64,000 nucleotides of DNA from assembly GCA_032251335.1 (NCBI GenBank), contig JAVVDW010000017.1:546-64545 (forward strand). The letters are read 5' to 3'. The notes beneath the pieces are model-generated. The model saw only the letters and a list, made by a program, of their open reading frames with translations. It was not told where the DNA came from and ran no database searches. Each line of letters opens with the position of its first letter. Positions within the stretch are counted from its first letter, which is position 1. The DNA comes from Flavobacteriaceae bacterium (GTDB lineage Bacteria; Bacteroidota; Bacteroidia; Flavobacteriales; Flavobacteriaceae). This document shows positions 36,559-46,135 of the stretch, in pieces. A program made the translations under genes and the position numbers.

Positions 36559-36577
36559 CCGGGCTTTCCACTCATAG

Positions 36578-36605
36578 TTTCTGCACAAATACATTTGTGC
36601 AGAAA
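36578..36605. repeat. Palindrome B: TTTCTGCACAAAT-AC-ATTTGTGCAGAAA
   Basis: Perfect 13-bp arms. It shares the TTTC...CAAATACATT(T)G...GAAA frame with palindrome A, read on the opposite strand. It lies 31 nt past the metallophosphatase stop. Confidence 0.85.
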
Positions 36606-36635
36606 GCTAACCGTTTCAATCCCTATCGCGGGTGC

Positions 36636-37541
36636 CTAACCAAGAGCCAAAGCCCCACCGCTGATGGTATTTTCTGCCGTACCCAAGTACAAATCAATGC
36701 GCCCCATATACACACCTTTGTACCCAACCTGATTGATCAATACGGTTTTGCCTTCTCTGTTTTTAACAAAAACCGGCACTTCCATCAACGTATGCGTATG
36801 CCCACCAATAATGACGTCTATGTCTGCGGTTTCAGCAGCCAATACGCGGTCGCTTACCTTGTCGTTTTTATATTCGTAACCCAAGTGAGACAGGCAAATC
36901 ACCACATCGCAGGCCGCTTCGGTTTTAAGTTGCTTAACGATTTTGGTAGCCGTTTCTATGGGTTCTAAGTACAAGGTTTCTTTGTACATTCTCGGGTCAA
37001 CCAAGCCTTCTAGCGCTATGCCCAATCCGAAAACACCTACCCGAATACCGTCTTTAACAAACACTTTGTAGGGTTTTACATAACCCGCCATCACCGTTTT
37101 AGAAAAATCGTAGTTGGCAGCCAAGAGCTCAAATTTGGTATGTGGCATCTGCGCCAAAAGTCCGTCCAGGCCACCGTCAAAATCGTGGTTTCCAATGGCC
37201 GCTGCATCGTATCCCATCATGCTCATCAACTTCATTTCCAGCTCACCGCCGTAAAAATTAAAATAAGGCGTTCCTTGGAAAATATCACCGGCATCCAACA
37301 GCAAGGTATTCGGATTTTCCTGCCTGATTTGGTGAACCAAAGTAGCGCGTTTGGCCGCACCGCCCATATTGGGGAATTGCGGGTGCGTGCTTTCATACGG
37401 ATCTATTTGGCTGTGCACGTCATTCGTATGCAAGATGGTAAGCCATTTGTCTTTTGGAGCACAGCTTTTCAAGGCAAATCCGGGGATGGACAATGCGCCG
37501 GCAGCCACGATGGTTTTTTCTAGAAAATGTCTGCGTTTCAT
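36636..37541 (-). CDS. Metallophosphoesterase domain of a 5'-nucleotidase/UshA-type enzyme (Tat signal)
   Basis: MKRRHFLEKTIVAAGAL twin-Arg leader. Metallophosphatase motifs: HTNDVHS, DAGD, GNHDFD, GGHTH. Confidence 0.88.
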   Translation of the reverse strand: MKRRHFLEKTIVAAGALSIPGFALKSCAPKDKWLTILHTNDVHSQIDPYESTHPQFPNMGGAAKRATLVHQIRQENPNTLLLDAGDIFQGTPYFNFYGGELEMKLMSMMGYDAAAIGNHDFDGGLDGLLAQMPHTKFELLAANYDFSKTVMAGYVKPYKVFVKDGIRVGVFGLGIALEGLVDPRMYKETLYLEPIETATKIVKQLKTEAACDVVICLSHLGYEYKNDKVSDRVLAAETADIDVIIGGHTHTLMEVPVFVKNREGKTVLINQVGYKGVYMGRIDLYLGTAENTISGGALALG

Positions 37542-37676
37542 GGATGGGTTTTATTTTTTTTGAAGCACAAGCCCGCAGGCATGTGTCGTTAAAGTCTTTG
37601 GTGTGTGGTTTTTAAAAAATTATTAATTCATTGACTTTTATTAAGCATTAACCAATCAAACCATCGCATCATCAAA

Positions 37677-38453
37677 TCATTGCACCCGAAACCGTCCATC
37701 TATTTTCGTATATATGGTATCCGTTTTTTCCAAATAGTCGATGAGTGCATTCCTCACTTTGTAGTCCAGGTGGACTGTGGAAACCGGATTTTTGAAAAAA
37801 TTCATTTGGTCGCCGCCGTTCATAAGGTAGTCATTGGTCACCACCCAATAGGTTTTGTTTTCTTGTATGGGTTTTTGCTGGATCAGAAAGTTTTTTAGAA
37901 CCCCGCTTTTGTCCAACGTGAGTTGCATACCCCAAATGGGATGCGCCGTTTTGGCTTGAACCAGATAGTTTGCCAACGCATGCATCTGATGGCTAGTAAG
38001 TTCCAGTGCAACCAGCGAATTTTCAAACGGCATGATGCCATAAATATCGGCTACTTTGACATCACCTTTTGCCAATATATTTCGAATGCCCCCGTGATTG
38101 AACAAACCCGCATCGGCACTTTTGCCTGTTCTTTGTTCTAGAACAAAATTGGCCTGTGCCATCAAGGCGTCGGCAAACCAATTGCCCAAGCGGGTTTCGA
38201 GTTTTCTGTCACTTTTGTTGAGCAGTTCCGGATTGTAGGCCAAAACCCGCTCCAAACCTTGTTGCATACCTACTCTGTATGGGGTAATCAGGCTGTCTAT
38301 TTTGATGTCTTTTTCTAAAGAATCTGTTAAAGCGATTTCAACTCCCTGAATATTTTGTAATTTCAATTCAGAATTTTGGCAAGACCCCAAAAAAATTATT
38401 GTTACAAATAAAACAATATGTTTTAAAATTAATTTAAGTCGTATATTTGTCAT
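37677..38453 (-). CDS. 5'-nucleotidase C-terminal (substrate-binding) domain lipoprotein
   Basis: Lipobox (FLGSCQ). The WFADALM..., NHGGIRN... and FENSLV pattern is typical of the 5'-nucleotidase C-terminal domain. Confidence 0.82.
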   Translation of the reverse strand: MTNIRLKLILKHIVLFVTIIFLGSCQNSELKLQNIQGVEIALTDSLEKDIKIDSLITPYRVGMQQGLERVLAYNPELLNKSDRKLETRLGNWFADALMAQANFVLEQRTGKSADAGLFNHGGIRNILAKGDVKVADIYGIMPFENSLVALELTSHQMHALANYLVQAKTAHPIWGMQLTLDKSGVLKNFLIQQKPIQENKTYWVVTNDYLMNGGDQMNFFKNPVSTVHLDYKVRNALIDYLEKTDTIYTKIDGRFRVQ

Positions 38454-38489
38454 CCTTTTTCGGATTTGATTATGTAAATGTAAAAGAAA

Positions 38490-39005
38490 TTGAACAGCCT
38501 AAAAAAAATACTTGTAAAAAGAATCGTTCGCAAGCGAATAGCCGCTTATGAATGTGCAAATCTGCAAGAGGGTAAGCTCGAATCCATGTTGATATTGTTT
38601 GATGCGGAAGCTGCATTTTCGGAAAGTTTTTTTACCGAGTTGGGCAGTTTGGCAAACATTCCGCCCGGCCAGACAAAATGGTTGGGATTTAGCGCAAAGC
38701 CAAGGAAGCATAAAGTTTGGAAACACCCTGTTTTTCACAACAATAACATTGGTTGGGATGGTACTTTAAAAGGTGACGTGGTGGATGTAGTTTTGAACCG
38801 TCCGTATGATTTGGTTGTCAATTATTTTGACAAGCCGAGTTGGCAATTGAAAGCGGCAGCTTCTCAAGTTCAAACCGGGTTGAGACTGGGTTTTGAAGAG
38901 GTGAATGCCGACATCAACGACATTGTTTTTAAAGCTGATTTGAAGGCCGGCGAAGTTTTTAAGACAGAATTTTGTAAATATCTTAAAGCGCTGAGAAAGT
39001 TATAA
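38490..39005 (+). CDS. Conserved hypothetical protein
   Basis: 171 aa with a TTG start and no recognisable motifs. Its position directly upstream of dapA looks like a conserved Flavobacteriia arrangement (from recollection). Confidence 0.55.
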   Translation: MNSLKKILVKRIVRKRIAAYECANLQEGKLESMLILFDAEAAFSESFFTELGSLANIPPGQTKWLGFSAKPRKHKVWKHPVFHNNNIGWDGTLKGDVVDVVLNRPYDLVVNYFDKPSWQLKAAASQVQTGLRLGFEEVNADINDIVFKADLKAGEVFKTEFCKYLKALRKL

Positions 39006-39041
39006 CTCAGTACACATAAAAAAATAATAAAAAACACAAAA

Positions 39042-39935
39042 ATGGACACAAGGTTTACAGGAACGGGTGTGGCACTCATCACGCCATTTGATGCATCAGG
39101 GGCAGTTGATTACACAGCCTTGGAAAAACTAATTACATTCAATATCAATAGTGGTATAAACTACTTGGTTGCTTTGGGCACAACAGCCGAAACCGCCACG
39201 CTCACCGATGCAGAAAAAAAAGCTGTAAAACAATGTATTTTAGATACCAACCACGGCCGCTTGCCTTTGGTATTGGGCCTAGGGGGTAACAACACGGGGG
39301 CTTTGCAAGGCGAACTCAAATCAGCCGAAGTTCGTGATTTTGATGCCATTTTATCTGTTTCGCCATACTACAACAAGCCGACCCAAGAAGGCATTTACGC
39401 ACATTACAAGGCTTTGTCGGCCGCGTCGTCTTTGCCGATTATTTTATACAATGTACCCGGACGCACAGGATCTAATGTGCTGCCGCATACCGTTCTGCGC
39501 TTGGCAAGAGAATGCGACAACATTATAGGCATCAAAGAAGCGTCGGGTGATATCGTTCAAGGCATGCGCATACTGAGAGAAAAACCGACAAATTTTATAG
39601 TTATTTCCGGTGATGACATGACCGCTTTGCCACTGATTATGGCCGGCGGTTCGGGTGTGATTTCTGTTATCGGGCAAGCCATACCGGACGTTTTTTCAAA
39701 GTTGGTTCAAGCGGGCTTGTCGGGCGATGTGTCCACGGCTAACTTATTGCAACATCAATGTATGCCCATCATAGATCTCATCTTTCAGGAAGGCAACCCG
39801 GCAGGCATTAAATCCTTGTTGGCACAACTCGGTTTTGGAACGCCCACCGTCAGGCTACCTTTGGTATCGGCATCAGAAACCCTTGCTTCGCAGATTGGCC
39901 TGTATTTGAATCAAACCAAGGCAGTTTCCTGTTAA
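39042..39935 (+). CDS. dapA: 4-hydroxy-tetrahydrodipicolinate synthase
   Basis: GTGVALITPF..., GTTAE..., YNKPTQEG..., YNVPGRTG..., and the catalytic Lys region IGIKEASGD. Confidence 0.96.
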   Translation: MDTRFTGTGVALITPFDASGAVDYTALEKLITFNINSGINYLVALGTTAETATLTDAEKKAVKQCILDTNHGRLPLVLGLGGNNTGALQGELKSAEVRDFDAILSVSPYYNKPTQEGIYAHYKALSAASSLPIILYNVPGRTGSNVLPHTVLRLARECDNIIGIKEASGDIVQGMRILREKPTNFIVISGDDMTALPLIMAGGSGVISVIGQAIPDVFSKLVQAGLSGDVSTANLLQHQCMPIIDLIFQEGNPAGIKSLLAQLGFGTPTVRLPLVSASETLASQIGLYLNQTKAVSC

Positions 39936-40018
39936 ACTTACCTTAACAAACCCGTAAAGGTTTCACTTTTAAGCCGTTTAGATGTGAAAAATAGTTTTTT
40001 ATATAAATGATTAATGTG

Positions 40019-40026
40019 TACTTTTG
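40019..40026 (+). promoter_or_regulatory. -7 box TACTTTTG
   Basis: Exact motif 20 nt upstream of the bamD ATG. Confidence 0.5.
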
Positions 40027-40045
40027 CAGGCAACTTTGAGCGTTC

Positions 40046-40867
40046 ATGAGAAATTTTTTCTACATATTGATATTGATGCTAGTTACCACCGGTTGTAGCC
40101 AGTATCAAAAAGCGTTAAAATCAGAAGATTTGGCATTTAAATCCAAATTGGCTGAGGAGCTTTACAATGCTAAAAAGTACAAAAAATCCATACGTCTTTA
40201 TGAACAAATAGAGCCAAAATACAGAGGCAGACCTCAAGGCGAGCGCATACTGTATTTTTACGCCACCAATTTGTATTTTCTGAAAGACTACATCACATCC
40301 GGTTACCAATTAGAAAGGTTTACCAGTGCCTATCCGCGCAGCGAAAAAGTGGAAGAAGTAGCTTTGATGGGAGCCAAAAGCTACTACCATTTATCTCCTA
40401 AGTACAGTTTGGACCAAACAGATACGCAAACTGCGCTAGACAAATTGCAGAATTTCATAAACTCCTATCCCAAATCTGAAAAGTTGGACGAGGCCAATGC
40501 CTTGTATCAGGAATTGGCCGGAAAATTGGAACGCAAGGCATTTGAAGTAGCCAAGCAGTACAATAAAATTTACGATTATCAGGCAGCACTCAAATCCTTA
40601 GATTTATTTCTGTCCGAATATCCCGGTTCTTCTTTTCGAGAAGAAGCATTGTATTACAGGGTTTTAGCGTCTTTTAACTATGCTGAAAACAGTATTCAAA
40701 TTAGGCAGATTGATAGGTATAAAGATGTTTTAGCCGCATACAACAAACTTGTAGATTCTTTTAAAGAATCTATTTATATAGGACAACTCAAAACCATGGT
40801 CAACAAAAGCAAAGCACAAATAGAACGCTTGACGCTCCTCGCTAACAACGCATCAAACAATCCATAA
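40046..40867 (+). CDS. bamD: Outer membrane protein assembly factor BamD (TPR lipoprotein)
   Basis: Lipobox (LVTTGCS) and TPR-like helices. It sits in the conserved position ahead of rpoZ-coaBC. Confidence 0.85.
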   Translation: MRNFFYILILMLVTTGCSQYQKALKSEDLAFKSKLAEELYNAKKYKKSIRLYEQIEPKYRGRPQGERILYFYATNLYFLKDYITSGYQLERFTSAYPRSEKVEEVALMGAKSYYHLSPKYSLDQTDTQTALDKLQNFINSYPKSEKLDEANALYQELAGKLERKAFEVAKQYNKIYDYQAALKSLDLFLSEYPGSSFREEALYYRVLASFNYAENSIQIRQIDRYKDVLAAYNKLVDSFKESIYIGQLKTMVNKSKAQIERLTLLANNASNNP

Positions 40868-40868
40868 A

Positions 40869-41201
40869 ATGATAGATTTAAAAAACACAGACGCACCCGT
40901 CACTACGGTAACGCTCAACAGAAACGAAATTGACCAGCAAACCAATAACATCTACGAAGCCATTGTGATTGCTGCCAAACGTGCAGAACAAATCAATTCG
41001 GAGATCAAAAAGGAACTCTTAGAAAAATTGGAAGAGTTTGCCACCTACAACGACAGTTTGGAAGAAGTTTTTGAAAACAAAGAGCAAATCGAAGTTTCCA
41101 AGTTTTTCGAAAGATTGCCCAAGCCGCACGCATTAGCTCTACAAGAGTGGTTGGATGGCAAAATTTATTATCGTCACGTTGACGATCAACAACAGCAATA
41201 G
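40869..41201 (+). CDS. rpoZ: DNA-directed RNA polymerase subunit omega
   Basis: NIYEAIVIAAKRAEQIN core; 110 aa, the Bacteroidota-type long omega. Confidence 0.85.
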   Translation: MIDLKNTDAPVTTVTLNRNEIDQQTNNIYEAIVIAAKRAEQINSEIKKELLEKLEEFATYNDSLEEVFENKEQIEVSKFFERLPKPHALALQEWLDGKIYYRHVDDQQQQ

Positions 41202-41209
41202 TATTTTAC

Positions 41210-42421
41210 ATGTCTGTTTTTCAGGACAAAAAAATTCTTCTCGGTGTTTGCGGAGGCATAGCTGCGTATAAAACAGCTTCGTTGGTGCGACTTTTGGTAA
41301 AAGCCGGTGCAACTGTAAAGGTAATCATGACACCATCGGCAAAAGATTTTGTAACGCCGCTCACCTTGGCAACGTTGTCTAAAAATCCTGTACTTTCCAG
41401 TTTTACCGAGCCAGACGACCCGTCGGGTGTATGGAATAATCACGTAGATTTAGGTCTGTGGGCAGACGCAATGGTCATCGCGCCTGCTACAGCCAACACT
41501 TTGTCAAAAATGACTGACGGCGCATGTGACAACTTGCTACTTGCCGTATATCTTTCTGCCAAATGTCCGGTGTATTTTGCCCCGGCTATGGATTTGGATA
41601 TGTACCAACATCCGGCTACACTGTCTGCCTTTGACAAACTTCAATCCTATGGCAATATCATGATTCCGGCAACCAGCGGCGAGTTGGCCAGTGGTTTGGT
41701 TGGCCAAGGTAGGATGGCCGAGCCTGAAGATATTGTAGCTTTTATTGAGAAAGATTTCACCGCCCAATTGCCTTTGAGAAACAAAACCGTGCTCATCACA
41801 GCCGGGCCTACTTATGAAGCCATTGATCCGGTTCGATTTATCGGAAACCATTCCACAGGTAAAATGGGCTTCGAAATTGCCAAAGCAGCTGCAAATTTGG
41901 GTGCCGAAGTCATACTCATTAGCGGTCCTTCGCAACAAAGCGTTTCACATCCCAAAATCACGCTGATTCGCGTCACCGGCGCAGACCAAATGTACGACGC
42001 CGCACATCAACATTACCCCAAAGTAGATATTGCCATCCTTTCTGCCGCAGTTTCAGATTATAAACCCAAAACCGTTATTTCTCAGAAAATAAAGAAGAAA
42101 GACCAAAATCTTCAAATAGAATTGGTGCCCACCCCCGATATTTTAGCTTCTCTGGGCAAAATAAAGAAACAGCAATTTCTGGTAGGATTTGCCTTAGAAA
42201 CGAATGACGAACTCGAAAATGCCAAAGGAAAACTTACACGTAAAAATCTAGATCTCATCGTGTTAAATTCGCTGAACGATGCCGGAGCCGGATTTGGAAC
42301 ACCCACCAACAAAATAACTTTGATTGATAAATCGTTAGATATAACATCCTTTGATTTGAAATCCAAAACAGCGGTTGCTTACGACATCCTAAATCACGTC
42401 ATTTTAAAATTGCAAACATGA
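41210..42421 (+). CDS. coaBC: Bifunctional phosphopantothenoylcysteine decarboxylase/phosphopantothenate--cysteine ligase
   Basis: N-terminal flavoprotein (KILLGVCGGIAAYK, PATANTLSKM) and C-terminal CoaB (ITAGPTYEAIDPVRFIGNHSTGKMG). Confidence 0.96.
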   Translation: MSVFQDKKILLGVCGGIAAYKTASLVRLLVKAGATVKVIMTPSAKDFVTPLTLATLSKNPVLSSFTEPDDPSGVWNNHVDLGLWADAMVIAPATANTLSKMTDGACDNLLLAVYLSAKCPVYFAPAMDLDMYQHPATLSAFDKLQSYGNIMIPATSGELASGLVGQGRMAEPEDIVAFIEKDFTAQLPLRNKTVLITAGPTYEAIDPVRFIGNHSTGKMGFEIAKAAANLGAEVILISGPSQQSVSHPKITLIRVTGADQMYDAAHQHYPKVDIAILSAAVSDYKPKTVISQKIKKKDQNLQIELVPTPDILASLGKIKKQQFLVGFALETNDELENAKGKLTRKNLDLIVLNSLNDAGAGFGTPTNKITLIDKSLDITSFDLKSKTAVAYDILNHVILKLQT

Positions 42422-43308
42422 TCAAAAAACTGATTTTCACGCTTTTTATCTTGTCACAATTCACCGTGATGGCTCAAGAAATGAATTGCTATGTGGAAAT
42501 CAATTTTAATGAAGTCAAACAATCTAACCGAAAGATATTCGGTACGCTTCAGCAAAGCCTGTCAGATTTTATCAATAAAAACCGTTGGACCAATAGAGCC
42601 GTCAATCCGCAAGAAAAGATAGATTGTTCTGTTTTTGTTCGTGTTCGTGAATTTGTAGGGCAGGAATTTGTCGCAGAACTTCAGGTGCAATCAGCCAGGC
42701 CTGTTTACAACAGTACTTACAGCACACCTGTCTTGAATTTTAAAGATGAACAGTTTCGTTTTAGCTATGTCGAATTTCAGGACATGACCTATAATTCTTT
42801 TGTGTTTAACTCCAACCTCTTGTCTGTCATGACTTTTTACATCTACACCATGATTGGTATGGATGCAGATACCTACGCACTCATGGGAGGCTCGCCTTTT
42901 TATCAGGAGGCACAAAAAGTTATGAATTTGGCGCAGGGTAACGGCTACAAAGGCTGGGACAGCACAGACGGCAACCAAACGCGCTTTCGAATGATTACGG
43001 ATTTGACTTCCGGCACTTTTGACAACTACAGACAAGCGTTGTACGAATACCATAGGAACGGATTAGACATGCTGGCAGACAACCCCAGAAAAGCCAAAGA
43101 AAGCATAGCCAAAAGTTTTTTGTTTCTGGAAGAGATGAACAGCAGCAGACCCAATTCGATGTTGCTTCGCATGTTTTTTGATGCCAAATCCGATGAAATT
43201 TTCAACGTTTTTTCTGAGGGTCCGGCCATCAATTTGGTGAGTACACTCAATGTCCTCAATAAATTAGCGCCACAATATGCCTCTCGTTGGGCGATGATCC
43301 AAAATTAA
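42418..43308 (+). CDS. DUF4835 family protein (annotated in some genomes as a type IX secretion component)
   Basis: Signal peptide, then NCYVEINFNEVKQSNRKIFGTLQQSLSDFINKNRWTN, which is typical of DUF4835. It sits in the conserved slot between coaBC and recN. Confidence 0.8.
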   Translation: MIKKLIFTLFILSQFTVMAQEMNCYVEINFNEVKQSNRKIFGTLQQSLSDFINKNRWTNRAVNPQEKIDCSVFVRVREFVGQEFVAELQVQSARPVYNSTYSTPVLNFKDEQFRFSYVEFQDMTYNSFVFNSNLLSVMTFYIYTMIGMDADTYALMGGSPFYQEAQKVMNLAQGNGYKGWDSTDGNQTRFRMITDLTSGTFDNYRQALYEYHRNGLDMLADNPRKAKESIAKSFLFLEEMNSSRPNSMLLRMFFDAKSDEIFNVFSEGPAINLVSTLNVLNKLAPQYASRWAMIQN

Positions 43309-43446
43309 GCTTTCGTCAATTTTTTCTTTTTTACCCTTGGTGACATGGAGACTTACAGTGAGCTTCAAAAAGAGTCATGTAAATTTTCGTTTAGCGTTTT
43401 TTAAAAAATTTGAATACGCGTATCTTTAGGCTCAAATTTTACCATT

Positions 43447-45108
43447 TTGCTGCAATCCATTTATGTAAAAAATTACGCATTGATAGAAGACATTCAAGTG
43501 TCTTTTGGCAAAGGACTGTCCGTGATTACCGGAGAAACAGGTGCCGGAAAATCTATTTTGCTCGATGCTTTGGGCTTGCTGCTCGGCAATCGTGCAGATT
43601 TGGACAGTTTGCGCGACAAGGAACAAAAATGCACCATAGAAGCACATTTTTCACTAGATAATCTTCATCTCGAATCACTTTTTGAAACTTTAGCATTCGA
43701 TTACGACAAGCATACCGTTGTGCGCAGGGAAATTTTGCCCGGAGGAAAATCGAGGGCTTTTGTGAATGATTCGCCGGTAGGCCTGCAAGCACTGAGTCAA
43801 TTGGGTACCCGGTTAATCGATATTCACTCCCAGCACCAAACCCTTCAGTTGGCTGAAACCGACTTTCAGTTTCAATTGCTAGATGCTTTGGCTCAGAATT
43901 CTGAAAGATTGCAAGATTACAGAGCGGCGTATCAACAGTATCAAACAGCTGAAAAAGAGCTTCAAGCACTAATAGATTTTCAGAAATCTGCATCCAAAGA
44001 GCAAGAATTTGATACTTTTCAACTCGAAGAATTGGAGCAAGCCGCGCTTAAACCCGGTGTGCAAGAAACTTTGGAACAAACCGTTGAGCAACTCTCCAAC
44101 GTAGAAGATATACAGCAACAGCTGTCGCAAGCCATTGCATTGCTCGATCACGAAGAAATGGGAGTTCTTAAGCAACTCAATCAAATTCGACAGGCGTTGC
44201 AAGCGGTTATGGGTTTTTCAAAAGATTACCAAGAACTCTTTGAAAGAACCGAATCGGCGCGTATTGAACTGTTTGATATCAGCACCTCTTTGCAAAATGC
44301 GGCCGAGCGTTTGGAAGCAGATCCGGAAACTTTAGCCAAAGCCAACGAACAACTGCAACGCATCTATTTTCTTCAGAAAAAACACAATGTACAAAGTGTG
44401 GAAGCACTTATTGCACACAGAGACCAAATCGCGCACAAAGTGCTTAGGGTGCTAAACCTCACAGATGAGATACAATCTAAACAGCAATCGCGCGACCAAG
44501 CTTTTGAAAATGCGAAAGAAATTGCGGAACAGTTACACAAATCACGCTTAGCGATTATTCCCGAACTCGAGAAACAACTCCGGGAAATTGTTGCGCAATT
44601 GGGCATGCAACACGCACGATTTCAGATAGTTTTGACAGCTTCCGAAACATTTGACAAATACGGGCGTAGTAGGGTAGAAGTGCAGTTTTCGGCCAACAAG
44701 GGATTGCCTTTCGGACTGCTGAAGAAAATGGCTTCGGGTGGCGAATTGTCTCGTGTGATGCTCGCTGTGAAAGCTGTTTTGGCCAAACACATGCGTTTGC
44801 CGACTATTATTTTTGATGAAATAGACACCGGTATTTCGGGTGAGGTGGCCAAGCAAATGGCAGAAGTACTCGATACACTCAGCCGGAGCCTTCAGGTAAT
44901 TGCCATTACCCATTTGCCTCAAATTGCCGCCAAAGGACAGCACCATCTAAAAGTGTACAAGGAAACCCTCGAAAACACAACACGTACCCAACTAACGGTT
45001 CTTAAGGAAACAGAACGCATTAGAGAATTGGCAGAAATGTTGGGCGGAAAATCGCTGACAGATGCGGCAATGGCGCATGCGCAAGATTTATTGGCAAACA
45101 AGGGCTGA
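43447..45108 (+). CDS. recN: DNA repair protein RecN
   Basis: TTG start. N-terminus LQSIYVKNYALIE, Walker A GETGAGKS, a long coiled coil, the signature ASGGELSR, and Walker B IIFDEIDTG. Confidence 0.96.
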   Translation: MLQSIYVKNYALIEDIQVSFGKGLSVITGETGAGKSILLDALGLLLGNRADLDSLRDKEQKCTIEAHFSLDNLHLESLFETLAFDYDKHTVVRREILPGGKSRAFVNDSPVGLQALSQLGTRLIDIHSQHQTLQLAETDFQFQLLDALAQNSERLQDYRAAYQQYQTAEKELQALIDFQKSASKEQEFDTFQLEELEQAALKPGVQETLEQTVEQLSNVEDIQQQLSQAIALLDHEEMGVLKQLNQIRQALQAVMGFSKDYQELFERTESARIELFDISTSLQNAAERLEADPETLAKANEQLQRIYFLQKKHNVQSVEALIAHRDQIAHKVLRVLNLTDEIQSKQQSRDQAFENAKEIAEQLHKSRLAIIPELEKQLREIVAQLGMQHARFQIVLTASETFDKYGRSRVEVQFSANKGLPFGLLKKMASGGELSRVMLAVKAVLAKHMRLPTIIFDEIDTGISGEVAKQMAEVLDTLSRSLQVIAITHLPQIAAKGQHHLKVYKETLENTTRTQLTVLKETERIRELAEMLGGKSLTDAAMAHAQDLLANKG

Positions 45109-45261
45109 GACATCACATTTTGTTAAAATACTCCATGACAGAAACTGTTATTATCTTTCTTATGTCGAACCCAAGTTACATTAAAACTAAGTCAAATTTC
45201 ATTTTAAGAACACGCTGATTTTCCTGAGACAACTTTGCTGTTTCAACTCATATTTTTTAAA

Positions 45262-45269
45262 TATCTTTG
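45262..45269 (+). promoter_or_regulatory. -7 box TATCTTTG
   Basis: Exact motif 31 nt upstream of the ATG at 45300. Confidence 0.5.
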
Positions 45270-45299
45270 GTGCCACCAAGAACGTTAAAACCATTTAGC

Positions 45300-46115
45300 A
45301 TGTCATACAATCTTTTAAAAGGAAAACGAGGAATAATATTTGGCGCGTTGGACGAAAACTCCATCGCTTGGAAGACCGCCGAAACGGTTTATAAAGAAGG
45401 CGGTCGTTTTGTGTTGACCAACGCACCCATCGCCCTTCGCATGGGCACCATTAATGAACTGGCCGAAAAAACCGAGTCACAGGTCATCCCGGCCGACGCG
45501 ACGAGTATGGAAGATTTAGAAAATTTAGTGGCTAAAGCCCAGGAAATACTCGGTGGTAAAATCGATTTTGTTTTACACTCTATCGGGATGTCGCTCAACG
45601 TGCGCAAAGGGCGTCACTACACCGAACAGAACTATGAATTTACAACCAAAGGTTGGGATATTTCAGCAGTGTCTTTTCACAAAGTCATGCAAGTGCTCTA
45701 CAAACAAAACGCCATGAACGAATGGGGCAGTATTGTCGCTTTGACATATATGGCCGCGCAGCGTACCTTTCCTGATTACAATGACATGGCAGACAACAAA
45801 GCCTATTTGGAATCTATAGCCAGAAGTTTCGGTTACTTTTTCGGGAAAGACAAAAAAGTGCGTGTCAATACCATTTCTCAATCGCCTACACCCACCACGG
45901 CGGGCAAAGGTGTCAAAGGTTTTGACGGCTTTATCAGTTTTGCCGATAAAATGTCGCCTTTGGGCAATGCAACGGCACAAGATTGCGCCGATTACACCGT
46001 CACGCTTTTCTCAGATTTGACCAAAAAAGTCACGATGCAAAATCTTTTTCACGACGGCGGTTTTTCAAACACCGGCGTGAGCCAAGAAGTTATTGAAGCC
46101 TTTACCGAGGAATAA
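45300..46115 (+). CDS. fabI: Enoyl-[acyl-carrier-protein] reductase FabI
   Basis: LLKGKRGIIFGALDENSIAW, HSIGMS and Y...NKAYLES (Tyr/Lys catalytic region). The ATG at 45300 is preferred over the track start at 45267. Confidence 0.92.
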   Translation: MSYNLLKGKRGIIFGALDENSIAWKTAETVYKEGGRFVLTNAPIALRMGTINELAEKTESQVIPADATSMEDLENLVAKAQEILGGKIDFVLHSIGMSLNVRKGRHYTEQNYEFTTKGWDISAVSFHKVMQVLYKQNAMNEWGSIVALTYMAAQRTFPDYNDMADNKAYLESIARSFGYFFGKDKKVRVNTISQSPTPTTAGKGVKGFDGFISFADKMSPLGNATAQDCADYTVTLFSDLTKKVTMQNLFHDGGFSNTGVSQEVIEAFTEE

Positions 46116-46135
46116 TTTCTCACTCAATTTGAAAA

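Noticed and set aside
35878-36639. Long antisense ORFs opposite recognised genes. Examples: 35878-36639, 24481-24951, 48186-48770, 31518-32021, 7151-7657, 774-1271, 25845-26309 and 43553-43993.
   Set aside because: Each lies entirely opposite a gene with clear family motifs. Their translations are low-complexity or Cys/His/Arg/Phe-rich with no recognisable domains. They are typical shadow ORFs.
43421-43428. TATCTTTA upstream of recN, and other near-matches to the -7 box (for example TAACTTCG at 24216-24223 before tRNA-Cys, and CAAAGGTA at 19784-19791 before the tRNA(CAU) gene).
   Set aside because: These have a mismatch in the motif or atypical spacing (44 nt from the tRNA 5' end). They are plausible but not strong enough to list as features.
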